Shown here piece after piece: positions 9,972 through 18,417 of a DNA stretch of 61,766 nt. The translations under genes were made by a program, and so were the position numbers. The DNA lies in NCBI GenBank assembly GCA_902635645.1, contig CACPON010000003.1:1-61766 (forward strand). Reading direction: 5' to 3'. Source of the DNA: an uncultured SAR86 cluster bacterium. GTDB lineage: Bacteria; Pseudomonadota; Gammaproteobacteria; Magnimaribacterales; D2472. Positions within the stretch are counted from its first letter, which is position 1, and every line of letters begins with the position of its first letter. The notes beneath the pieces are model-generated. The model was not told the origin of the DNA and searched no databases. It was given only the letters and a program-made list of their open reading frames with translations.

Positions 9972-11185
9972 GAATTACCTGAAGGTATGTCTTTGTATGG
10001 CATTCCCTTATCGGCTCTCGCATCTTGAGGAAGTCCAAGCACTCTTTCTGCAATGATGTTCTTGAGAATCTCATCAGTACCACCGGCAATTCTTAGTCCA
10101 GGGGCACCAAGCCAAGCATTCTGAAAACTTTGTATTTCAGGATCATCTGTTTTTAACATACCGGCCATATCAAGAGAGTCCATCCCAAAGGCACCAATAT
10201 TTTGTAATTTATTTGCACTAACTATTTTAGTTATTGAAGCTTCTGGTCCCGGTGTTTCACCTCTTGATAAGGCAGACATAGTTCTAAGCTTAGTATTTTT
10301 TAATCCATTAGCTTCACAGTACCAATCTGCAATAGATGATCTTACTGATTTGTTATTTATAAGAGGCTCACCAGAATCATCTTGTTTTTTTGCCCATCTA
10401 AAAGCATCTTCAACATCAGCTCCGTTAGCATCACCAACCGCAAGCCTTTCGTTCATAAGTGTTGTTATGGCAACTTTCCAGCCATCACCAACATCTCCAA
10501 GCCTTTGAGTATCAGGTATAACTACATCGGTAAAATAAACTTCATTAAAACTTGAACCGCCTGTAATTTGTTTAATTGGTTTTACTTCAATACCGGGAGA
10601 TTTCATATCTAAAAAGAAAAATGTCATCCCTTTATGTTTTTCAAGATTCGGATCATGTCTTACAACTAAAATTCCATAATCTGAGAAATGTGCTCCAGAG
10701 GTCCATACTTTTTGACCATTAATAATCCAATTATCTCCATCTTTGACAGCTTTACTTCTTAAACCTGCAACATCTGAGCCTGCTGATGGCTCTGAAAAAA
10801 GCTGACACCATATCTCTTTACCTTCTGCCATTGCTGGGAGATATCGAGCTTTTTGCTCATCAGTTGCGTATTCCATCATTACTGGCCCAGCCATACCTAA
10901 ACCAATTTCAAAAATACCTTTCGGGACATTAAACTTTGATTCTTCTTCAGCCCAAATAATTCTTTCAATAGCTGAGGCACCAATACCACCAAATTCCTTT
11001 GGCCAATGTAACATGGCCCAACCGGCATCATATTTCTTTTTCTGCCAGTCCTTTGCAACTTGTAAAAAATCAATATTTGCAAATTCGTTTTTTTCGACAC
11101 CTGTTTTAAGTTTGGCATTTTTTTCTAGCCATTCTCTACAGGTCTTTCTAAATTTTGCTTGTTCAGGCGTATCTTTAAAATCCAT
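9968..11185 (-). CDS. Acyl-CoA dehydrogenase, likely catalytic subunit of a heteromeric pair
   Basis: WCQLFSEPSAGSD, NGQKVWTS, FNEVYF, TLMNER and IAGGTDEI motifs. Confidence 0.9.
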   Translation of the reverse strand: MDFKDTPEQAKFRKTCREWLEKNAKLKTGVEKNEFANIDFLQVAKDWQKKKYDAGWAMLHWPKEFGGIGASAIERIIWAEEESKFNVPKGIFEIGLGMAGPVMMEYATDEQKARYLPAMAEGKEIWCQLFSEPSAGSDVAGLRSKAVKDGDNWIINGQKVWTSGAHFSDYGILVVRHDPNLEKHKGMTFFFLDMKSPGIEVKPIKQITGGSSFNEVYFTDVVIPDTQRLGDVGDGWKVAITTLMNERLAVGDANGADVEDAFRWAKKQDDSGEPLINNKSVRSSIADWYCEANGLKNTKLRTMSALSRGETPGPEASITKIVSANKLQNIGAFGMDSLDMAGMLKTDDPEIQSFQNAWLGAPGLRIAGGTDEILKNIIAERVLGLPQDARADKGMPYKDIPSGNS

Positions 11186-11193
11186 AATTTTTC

Positions 11194-12306
11194 CTAGTTT
11201 ATATTTGATCGTTCTAAATTAGAGACAAGTCTTTCTTTCCAATTAGCGAGTGAGCCAATATTTAATGAAAGTAATTTTGATCTTTTGTAAAAAAGATGAC
11301 AGTCGTATTCCCATGTGAAACCATTACCACCATGAGTTTGGATGTTTTCTTTTGAACATAACTCATAAGCTTTTGTTGCACTTACTCTGGCAGTTGCTGC
11401 AGCTACTGGTAAATCTGAAGATTCTGATGACAATGCCCATGCAGCATAGTAAGAATTAGATTTAGCCAAAGTTAAAGCAACATACATATCTGCTAATTTA
11501 TGTTTAATACCTTGATAAGAACCAATTGGTTTTCCAAAGGCATATCTTTCATTAGCATAATTTACTGCCATATCTAATGCAGCTTGCGAACCCCCGATTT
11601 GCTCAAAGCTAAACAATACAGCTGCCTGATTAATAATTGATTCGTATAAAATCCAACCATTACCCTCATCTCCAATAAGTAAACTTGGCGTTTGTTTCAT
11701 TTCTATGGAATAGTGGCCTCTACTACCATCAATATTTTCAACTTGATTGATTGAGACTTCTTTACAGGATAAATCAACCAGTCTTAAGTCTATTCCTTTT
11801 GAAGATTTGCAGACAATAATTGAATGAGTAGCAGCTTCACAATCAGGAACTGCAATTTTTGTACCTGAAATTAATTCATTTGAAACTTCAGTTTTAATAT
11901 TATTATTTGTTGGAGCTAAAAAATCTTCAGTAACTGCTATCGTACCAACAACTTCTCCAGTTACTAGCTTAGGTAGTATTTCCTTTTTAAGTTCCTCACT
12001 TCCATATTTAATTATGGCCTCAGTAAACAAATAAACTGATGACGAGAAGGGCACTGGTGCAAGATGTCTACCTAATTCTTCAGCAATTACACATAGTTCA
12101 AGATGACCAAGACCTAATCCTTCATATTCTTCAGGAATTCTTATGCCCGTCCAACCTAATTCAATTATTTTTTGCCACAAATCATTATCAAACGATTCTG
12201 AGCCTTCTAACACTCCTCTTGATCGTTTTACACTTTCTTCTTTTTCAAGAAATTTTTTTGCTTCACTTTGAAGGAATTTTTGATCATCTGAAAAATCTAA
12301 ATTCAT
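11194..12306 (-). CDS. Acyl-CoA dehydrogenase, likely partner (beta-type) subunit
   Basis: EELGR, RYAFGKPIGSYQGIKH and IQTHGGNGFTWE motifs; lacks the C-terminal GGT-E motif; 8 bp from the partner gene. Confidence 0.88.
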   Translation of the reverse strand: MNLDFSDDQKFLQSEAKKFLEKEESVKRSRGVLEGSESFDNDLWQKIIELGWTGIRIPEEYEGLGLGHLELCVIAEELGRHLAPVPFSSSVYLFTEAIIKYGSEELKKEILPKLVTGEVVGTIAVTEDFLAPTNNNIKTEVSNELISGTKIAVPDCEAATHSIIVCKSSKGIDLRLVDLSCKEVSINQVENIDGSRGHYSIEMKQTPSLLIGDEGNGWILYESIINQAAVLFSFEQIGGSQAALDMAVNYANERYAFGKPIGSYQGIKHKLADMYVALTLAKSNSYYAAWALSSESSDLPVAAATARVSATKAYELCSKENIQTHGGNGFTWEYDCHLFYKRSKLLSLNIGSLANWKERLVSNLERSNIN

Positions 12307-12405
12307 ATAAACCCTTATAGTTATTGTAAAATATATTATAGGACGATAAGTTAACGACGCTACTGTTCAAAAATATAGCATATAGCGATAATTTTTTACA
12401 TTTAA

Positions 12406-13035
12406 ATGAATAAAGATATAAGACCAGATAAAACATCACCAGCATACTTAAAAAAAACAAAATCTGGAGGCTTATTTGTAGGTTTTCTTTATGTTCTTTT
12501 ATTTATGAGTATTTTGGGTCTTGGTATTTGGCAAAGCTATGAGTCAAGTTATACAGACGCTAAAATAAAAACTAACGAAGATAGATTGGCTGTCATTGAA
12601 GAACAAATGAATATAGCTGATGAGGTTAATAACGATTCTTTAACAGATATATCGTCTTCCATTCAATTTCTTGATAAAGAAGTTCGTAAATTATGGGACC
12701 TTAGTAATAAAAGAAATAAAGTAAATATATCTAAATTATTAGCTTCAACAGCTGAAATAGAAGCATCAATAACTCAGATAAATGAATCACTTGATAAGTA
12801 TAAAATTGATTTATCTTCTAATACAGAAAAAATAAATGAACTTCAGCCTTCTCTAAGTAATATCAATGATATACAGCTGACACTAAAAACTATTGAAACC
12901 CAATTAATTTTAGTTGATGACTCTGTCCAAGCTTTAAATAATTATAAAAAACAATTAAATCAATCAATACTAGAAATTCAAACTGAAATATCTGCTTTAC
13001 AGCAAATAGAAAAAATTGAAGAACCTCTAAATTGA
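12406..13035 (+). CDS. Hypothetical membrane-anchored coiled-coil protein
   Basis: One N-terminal hydrophobic helix followed by a long heptad-like region (LDKEVRKLWDL). Confidence 0.7.
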   Translation: MNKDIRPDKTSPAYLKKTKSGGLFVGFLYVLLFMSILGLGIWQSYESSYTDAKIKTNEDRLAVIEEQMNIADEVNNDSLTDISSSIQFLDKEVRKLWDLSNKRNKVNISKLLASTAEIEASITQINESLDKYKIDLSSNTEKINELQPSLSNINDIQLTLKTIETQLILVDDSVQALNNYKKQLNQSILEIQTEISALQQIEKIEEPLN

Positions 13036-13059
13036 CAATACTGCAATAAATGGTAGTTT
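13032..13059 (+). promoter_or_regulatory. Putative sigma70 promoter for the two small membrane-protein genes
   Basis: TTGACA (13032-37), 16-bp spacer ending in TGG, TAGTTT (13054-59); ATG 9 nt downstream. Confidence 0.5.
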
Positions 13060-13068
13060 TATAGCTAT

Positions 13069-13281
13069 ATGAATAGAACTGTTTTACAAATATTTCTTTT
13101 ATTAGCCTTCATTCCCTTGGCGATATTAATTGGTTATGGCGTTTTAGTAGTTGCACCTATTTTTTGTTGCTTTCTTGCAATTAATTCTTATAAATTTAAA
13201 AACTACAAAGAAATGTATATATGGATGGGAGTTGGAGCCTTGTCATTCATTTTAGCCTTATATATGCTAGGGGTATTATGA
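13069..13281 (+). CDS. Small hypothetical membrane protein (70 aa)
   Basis: Hydrophobic ORF after a promoter-like sequence; ATGA overlap with the next gene. Confidence 0.7.
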   Translation: MNRTVLQIFLLLAFIPLAILIGYGVLVVAPIFCCFLAINSYKFKNYKEMYIWMGVGALSFILALYMLGVL

Positions 13282-13667
13282 TTTTATTTAAAATTATGAT
13301 TTTCTGTATCTCAGCACTTGCGATGATAGCTGGAGTAGTAACGATGGTATCACCAGACGTAAATACTATCTTTTTACCCATTTTTGTTGAAGGTGTTCAG
13401 GAGTCACATTTTGCTAGATCGTATGCTGGATTTGTTGCAGCAGTTGGTTATTTGGCTATGAGGTTTTTATATTCCTCATCAAAAGTTCAAGTTGGTACAG
13501 TGGTCTTATATATCGTCTTTGTAATGATGATTTCAAAAATGTTCAGCTTTATTTACGATGGTTATACAACTATTGCAGTTATATCTTTCTTAATGGGTGT
13601 TGTATTTGCAATTGGCCTTTATGCCGTGCAAAAAGCAAGAAAAAATCAGCTTGATTATAATTTGTAA
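13278..13667 (+). CDS. Four-helix hypothetical membrane protein (DUF4345-like)
   Basis: ATG 13278 overlaps the previous stop; four hydrophobic segments; R-S-Y-A-G motif resembles DUF4345. Confidence 0.65.
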   Translation: MILFKIMIFCISALAMIAGVVTMVSPDVNTIFLPIFVEGVQESHFARSYAGFVAAVGYLAMRFLYSSSKVQVGTVVLYIVFVMMISKMFSFIYDGYTTIAVISFLMGVVFAIGLYAVQKARKNQLDYNL

Positions 13668-13722
13668 ATTTTACAATTAACCTTTCCATAAAATATTAAT
13701 AGTCTATATAATGCTTCAATCC

Positions 13723-13807
13723 GGGGATGTGGTGGAACTGGTAGACACGCTTGGCTTAGAACCAAGTGCCGCAAGGCGTGGGGGTTCGACTCCCTCCATC
13801 CCTACCA
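13723..13807 (+). tRNA. tRNA-Leu(TAG)
   Basis: Acceptor GGGGATG/CATCCCT, anticodon arm CTTGG-CTTAGAA-CCAAG, long variable arm, GTTCGAC T-loop, encoded CCA. Confidence 0.97.
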
Positions 13808-13822
13808 AATTAAGTTGAAAAG

Positions 13823-13850
13823 TTTACAAAATTAAATTTCTATATATACT
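13823..13850 (+). promoter_or_regulatory. Putative sigma70 promoter of the arg leader and operon
   Basis: TTTACA (13823-28), 16 bp, TATACT (13845-50); leader ATG 8 nt downstream. Confidence 0.6.
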
Positions 13851-13858
13851 TAGCAGCG

Positions 13859-13903
13859 ATGAATAACTATTTAACACAAGAAAGACGGGTTTCAGCTTTG
13901 TAG
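13859..13903 (+). CDS. Putative arginine-sensing leader peptide MNNYLTQERRVSAL
   Basis: ATG 13859 to TAG 13903 with tandem Arg codons AGA CGG (13883-88); overlaps attenuator segment 1 and the start of segment 2. Confidence 0.75.
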   Translation: MNNYLTQERRVSAL

Positions 13904-13953
13904 CTGGATCTATCCTATTGTGAATTAGACCCAGCTTATGCTGGGTTTTTTTT
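13887..13953 (+). promoter_or_regulatory. Transcription attenuator (protector 1:2, antiterminator 2:3, terminator 3:4)
   Basis: Segment 1 GGGTTTCAGCT (13887-97), segment 2 AGCTGGATCTA (13902-12), segment 3 TAGACCCAGCT (13926-36), segment 4 GCTGGGTTT (13940-48); the 2:3 pairing matches 10 of 11 positions. Confidence 0.8.
13927..13953 (+). terminator. Intrinsic terminator in the arg operon leader
   Basis: AGACCCAGC-TTAT-GCTGGGT followed by a T8 run (13946-53), 18 nt before the argF' ATG. Confidence 0.9.
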
Positions 13954-13971
13954 ATTTAAAAAAAAGTAATT

Positions 13972-14970
13972 ATGAAAAATTTTATATCTACAACAGACTG
14001 GACGAAACAAGAGCTTCAAGATATTTTGGATTATGCAAAAGATCTTAAGATTAATAGGTTTAATAATGTATTAAAGAACAAATCTGTAGCTCTCTTATTT
14101 TTTAACCCATCAATGAGAACTAGAACCAGTTTTGAATTGGGTGTGCAAGAACTTGGTGGTTACGCTGTAGTCCTTCATCCTGGAAAAGATGCATGGCCCA
14201 TTGAATTTAAGCTCAACTCTATTATGGATGGAGATTCTGAAGAGCACATAATAGAAGTTGCAAAGGTACTCTCAGATTACTGTGATTTAATTGCGATAAG
14301 AGCATTCCCTAAATTTATTAATTTAGAAGAAGATTTATCTGACAATGTAATTAATAGTTTTGCAAAATATGCTTCTGTTCCAGTTATTAATATGGAAACT
14401 ATTACGCATCCCTGCCAAGAATTAGCACATATTTTAACAATGCAAGAAAGCTTGGGCGATCTTACTGGTAAAGATTATCTTTTAACATGGACATATCATC
14501 CAAAACCTTTGAATACAGCAGTAGCAAATTCCTCTTTATTAATTGCAAGTAAATTTGGCATGAACGTAAAGCTATTATGCCCATCTGAAGAATATATTCT
14601 CCATGAGAATTACATTAATGAAGCAGAAAAGAACTGTGCATCAAATAATATGAAATTTGAAATCACACATAATATAGATGATGGCTATCGAAATGCAGAT
14701 ATTGTTTATGCAAAAAGTTGGGGTTCTCTGTCTTACTATGGCAATCCTGAAGAAGAAAAACTTGTTAGAGATAACTTTAAACATTTCATAGTTGATGGAG
14801 AAAAAATGTCAAAAACAAATAATGCTCTATTTAGTCATTGTTTGCCGTTAAGAAGAAATATCAAAGCAACAGATGAAGTAATGGATTCAGATTATTGTGT
14901 TGCTATTCAAGAGGCAGGCAATAGAATGCATGTTCAAAAATCACTACTTTCAACTTTACTAAAGGAATAA
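13972..14970 (+). CDS. argF: N-acetylornithine carbamoyltransferase (AOTCase, ArgF')
   Basis: FFNPSMRTRTSF (SMRT rather than STRT), AWPIEF, GDSEEH, HPCQELAH, TWTYHPKPL and HCLPLRRN match the Xanthomonas-type AOTCase. Confidence 0.92.
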   Translation: MKNFISTTDWTKQELQDILDYAKDLKINRFNNVLKNKSVALLFFNPSMRTRTSFELGVQELGGYAVVLHPGKDAWPIEFKLNSIMDGDSEEHIIEVAKVLSDYCDLIAIRAFPKFINLEEDLSDNVINSFAKYASVPVINMETITHPCQELAHILTMQESLGDLTGKDYLLTWTYHPKPLNTAVANSSLLIASKFGMNVKLLCPSEEYILHENYINEAEKNCASNNMKFEITHNIDDGYRNADIVYAKSWGSLSYYGNPEEEKLVRDNFKHFIVDGEKMSKTNNALFSHCLPLRRNIKATDEVMDSDYCVAIQEAGNRMHVQKSLLSTLLKE

Positions 14971-14975
14971 TAAAA

Positions 14976-16166
14976 ATGAAAAAAATTGTTTTAGCATTTT
15001 CTGGCGGATTAGATACTAGTTTTTGTGTCCCATATCTTATTGATCAAGGTTTTGAAGTACATACTATCTTTGTTAATAGTGGAGGCACATCTGCAAATGA
15101 AGAAAAAAAAATATCAAAGAGAGCTTATGAATTAGGAGCAAAAAAACATACAAATGTGAGCATTGAGACTAGTCTCTGGAAGGAGATAATTAAACCACTG
15201 GTTTGGTCTGGGTCTTTATATCAGGATAAATATCCAGCACTTTGTTCTGACAGATATCTTATTGTTACAGAAGCAATCAAGCTTTGTAAGAAGCTGAATA
15301 CAAGGTATATTTCTCATGGCTGTACAGGTATGGGTAATGATCAAGTTAGATTTGATCTATCCATTCAAGCATTTGGAAATTACAAAACAATTACACCCAT
15401 CAGAGAAATACAGAACAAAGTTACTGATGTTAGAGGGTATGAACAAGAATATCTTAAGAATAAGGGATTTAAAGTCTCAACTCTTCATACGAAGTATAGT
15501 ATTAATGAAAATCTTATGGGCGCTACTGTTTCTGGTTCAGAAATTGATGATTGGAAAGAACCATCAAAAGAAAGTTATATTCTTTGTAATACGCCAAATA
15601 AATATCCATCAAAACCCAAAAAGCTCGAAATAGAATTCTCTAAAGGCGAAGCTAAAAAAATAAATGGTAAATCTATGAAAGGACCAGATTTGCTAAGAAT
15701 GTTAAACAAAATAGGTGGTAAATATGGAATTGGAAGAGAGTTATTTGCTGGAGATACTATTATTGGTATCAAAGGTAGATTCCTATTCGAATCACCTGGT
15801 ATATCTATTTTACAAAGGTCGCATAGAGCATTAGAAGAAGCTATTTTTACTGATAAACAAAATAATTTTAAGCCACTTATCGGTAAAAGATGGGTAGAGC
15901 TTGTTTATGGAGGATTTTATTTTGATCCTTTAACAAAAAATCTTGAAAATTTTCTTGAGGATATTCAAAAACCAGTAACTGGAAAAGTAACAGTACTTTT
16001 GACTGCTGGAAAAGTTGAAGCTGTTGCAGTTGATTCTAAAAAGATTTTGGTAAGTAAAGACGCTGTATATGCCCAATCTGCATCATGGGGTGTTAAAGAG
16101 TCAGCTGGCTTTATAAAGCTACTTGGAAAAAGCACATCGACATGGACAGAAATTAATAAAAAATAA
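14976..16166 (+). CDS. argG: Argininosuccinate synthase
   Basis: VLAFSGGLDTS, HGCTGMGNDQVRF and IGIKGR motifs. Confidence 0.96.
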   Translation: MKKIVLAFSGGLDTSFCVPYLIDQGFEVHTIFVNSGGTSANEEKKISKRAYELGAKKHTNVSIETSLWKEIIKPLVWSGSLYQDKYPALCSDRYLIVTEAIKLCKKLNTRYISHGCTGMGNDQVRFDLSIQAFGNYKTITPIREIQNKVTDVRGYEQEYLKNKGFKVSTLHTKYSINENLMGATVSGSEIDDWKEPSKESYILCNTPNKYPSKPKKLEIEFSKGEAKKINGKSMKGPDLLRMLNKIGGKYGIGRELFAGDTIIGIKGRFLFESPGISILQRSHRALEEAIFTDKQNNFKPLIGKRWVELVYGGFYFDPLTKNLENFLEDIQKPVTGKVTVLLTAGKVEAVAVDSKKILVSKDAVYAQSASWGVKESAGFIKLLGKSTSTWTEINKK

Positions 16167-16172
16167 TTGAAA

Positions 16173-17483
16173 ATGAAGAAAAGTTATAAAAAAGATACTA
16201 TCTTAAAGCTGCTCAGTAGTATGAGTAGCGAAAAAGAAATTAGAAAATATCTAGATAGGTTTTCTTCTGATGATTATAGATTTGCTGTAATAAAAGTTGG
16301 TGGTGCTGTAATTCAAAGCGATCTTGAAAACCTGGTTTCATCATTAGCTTTTTTAAATGAAGTTGGCCTCAGACCAATAATTGTCCATGGTGGAGGACCT
16401 AAGTTATCTGAGGAACTAGATAAAAGAAAAATCGAATTCTCTTTTTTAAATGGCCAAAGAGTAACTACAAAAGACGTATTAGATGTAGCCTATGAAATTT
16501 TTAGTGGTGAAAATAAAAAAATTGTATCTGCCCTTAACGATCAACATGTAAATGCAATCCCAGTTATAGGTGATGTATTTAGTTGTAATATTGAGAATAA
16601 GGATCTTGGCTATGTTGGTCAGATAAAAGAAACTAATTCTAATAAAATCAAAGATATTATTTCCTCAGGAGGTATACCTGTTATCGCACCAATTGGGTAT
16701 ACAGAAGAGCATCAATTAGTAAATATTAATGGAGACAAAGCAACTCTAGCTTTGGCAAAAGAAATAGTTCCAGATAAAGTAATTTTCTTAAGTGAAATAG
16801 GTGGTATTTTTGATGGTAACGATAAGTTAATTTCTAATATCAATATTAAAGATGACTATAACAAGCTCATGGCCCAAGACTGGCTTCACTCAGGAATGAA
16901 ATTAAAGTTAGAGCAAATTAAATTATTATTAGATTCTCTTCCAAGTAATAGTTCTGTATCTATAACAAAACCTCTTCATCTCAATAGAGAGCTATTTACT
17001 GATGCTGGGTTTGGAACTTTAGTTAAAGCCGGACATCAAATTAATAAATTGAAATCTTTAAATAATGACCAAATTAATGCTTTAGTTTCAATACTAGAAT
17101 CGGCTTTTAAAGGAACTTTAAGTAAAAATTATTTTGATAATGATGATAAAGAATTTTACATAAGTGAATGTAACAGGTCTTCCATAGTTATAACTACCTA
17201 CAAAGATATTGCATACATGGATAAGTTTGCTGTGATTAATTCAGCAAGAGGAGAGGGTCTTGGAAACGCCATGTGGAATAAAATGCTTTCTGAACATAAG
17301 AAAATCTTTTGGAGATCAAGAGCAAGCAATGCAATAAATAATTTTTATAAAGACGTCTGTGATGGCTTTCAAAAATCTGATGAGTGGAATATTTTTTGGA
17401 TTGGTATTCATGACTTAGATGAACTCACTGCATGTATTAATTATGCTGTAAATCAACCTGCAACAATTTCATATGAAAACTAG
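16173..17483 (+). CDS. argB: Acetylglutamate kinase with C-terminal NAT domain (bifunctional NAGS/K type, ArgB-ArgA)
   Basis: FAVIKVGGA, VHGGGP, NINGD and ELFTDAGFGTL, then YMDKFAV...GEGLG...FWRSR in the NAT domain. Confidence 0.9.
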   Translation: MKKSYKKDTILKLLSSMSSEKEIRKYLDRFSSDDYRFAVIKVGGAVIQSDLENLVSSLAFLNEVGLRPIIVHGGGPKLSEELDKRKIEFSFLNGQRVTTKDVLDVAYEIFSGENKKIVSALNDQHVNAIPVIGDVFSCNIENKDLGYVGQIKETNSNKIKDIISSGGIPVIAPIGYTEEHQLVNINGDKATLALAKEIVPDKVIFLSEIGGIFDGNDKLISNINIKDDYNKLMAQDWLHSGMKLKLEQIKLLLDSLPSNSSVSITKPLHLNRELFTDAGFGTLVKAGHQINKLKSLNNDQINALVSILESAFKGTLSKNYFDNDDKEFYISECNRSSIVITTYKDIAYMDKFAVINSARGEGLGNAMWNKMLSEHKKIFWRSRASNAINNFYKDVCDGFQKSDEWNIFWIGIHDLDELTACINYAVNQPATISYEN

Positions 17484-18417
17484 TTTTAACATTTCTATTC
17501 TTGGTGGTAGGGGCTATGTTGGCCAAGAGATAATTAAGATTATCAATAACCATCCTAATTTTTTTATATCAGACATTTACTCCAAAACTTCACAAGGGAA
17601 GTTCGTTGATGATTACGCTAAGACAAAGAGTCTCACCTATAAACTATTAGACAGCCCGGATAAATTAGATTTTACAGATATTGATATTGTAATTATGGCT
17701 TTATCAAATAATGAATCTTCAAATTATATTAAAAGCATTGAAAAACATGATTCTAATATTATTATTATTGATATTAGTGCTGATTATAGATTTGATGATG
17801 GATGGGCATACAAATTGCCAGAGGTATCTGCTCAAACTAAAGATAAAAGGATTAGCAACCCAGGCTGTTATGCATCTGCAATACAATTTTCTTTATTTCC
17901 AATAAAGCATCTGATAGATGGGAAAGTAAGTTGTATGGGTATTTCTGGCTATAGTGGCGCTGGCGCAACTCCAAATGAAAAAAATGATCCAAAGAACCTT
18001 GAAGGAAATATTATTCCCTATTCATTATCTGGGCATATTCATGAAAAGGAAGTAATGAAGCACTGCTACGAAAAAATATCTTTTAGCCCTCATGTAGCTA
18101 ATTTTTTTAGAGGCATTCTTATAACGTCTCATATTCAGCTAACTAAAAAATCATCAAGTTCTGAAATATATGATCTGTATAAGAGCTTTTATAAAGACAA
18201 GAAACTGATACAAGTGATAAAAGAAATACCAATGATTAATAAGGTATCTAATAGTCATTATGTATCTATTGGTGGCTTTGAAGTAGATGAAAGTGGATAT
18301 GGCTTAACAGTATGCTGCGCTTTAGATAATTTATTAAAAGGTGCTGCTACACAAGTAATACAAAACTTAAATCATGCTTGTAGTCTTGATCAATTAACAG
18401 GAATTAATTATGAATAA
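17473..18417 (+). CDS. argC: N-acetyl-gamma-glutamyl-phosphate reductase
   Basis: ILGGRGYVG, DISADYR, ISNPGCYA, SGYSGAG and DNLLKGAATQ motifs. Confidence 0.95.
   Translation: MKTSFNISILGGRGYVGQEIIKIINNHPNFFISDIYSKTSQGKFVDDYAKTKSLTYKLLDSPDKLDFTDIDIVIMALSNNESSNYIKSIEKHDSNIIIIDISADYRFDDGWAYKLPEVSAQTKDKRISNPGCYASAIQFSLFPIKHLIDGKVSCMGISGYSGAGATPNEKNDPKNLEGNIIPYSLSGHIHEKEVMKHCYEKISFSPHVANFFRGILITSHIQLTKKSSSSEIYDLYKSFYKDKKLIQVIKEIPMINKVSNSHYVSIGGFEVDESGYGLTVCCALDNLLKGAATQVIQNLNHACSLDQLTGINYE

Noticed and set aside
13927..13953. Hairpin interpreted as only the tRNA-Leu terminator
   Set aside because: It lies 120 nt past the tRNA, after a separate promoter-like element, an Arg-Arg uORF and a 10/11 antiterminator complement. 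It may also stop tRNA readthrough, but that alone does not explain the architecture.
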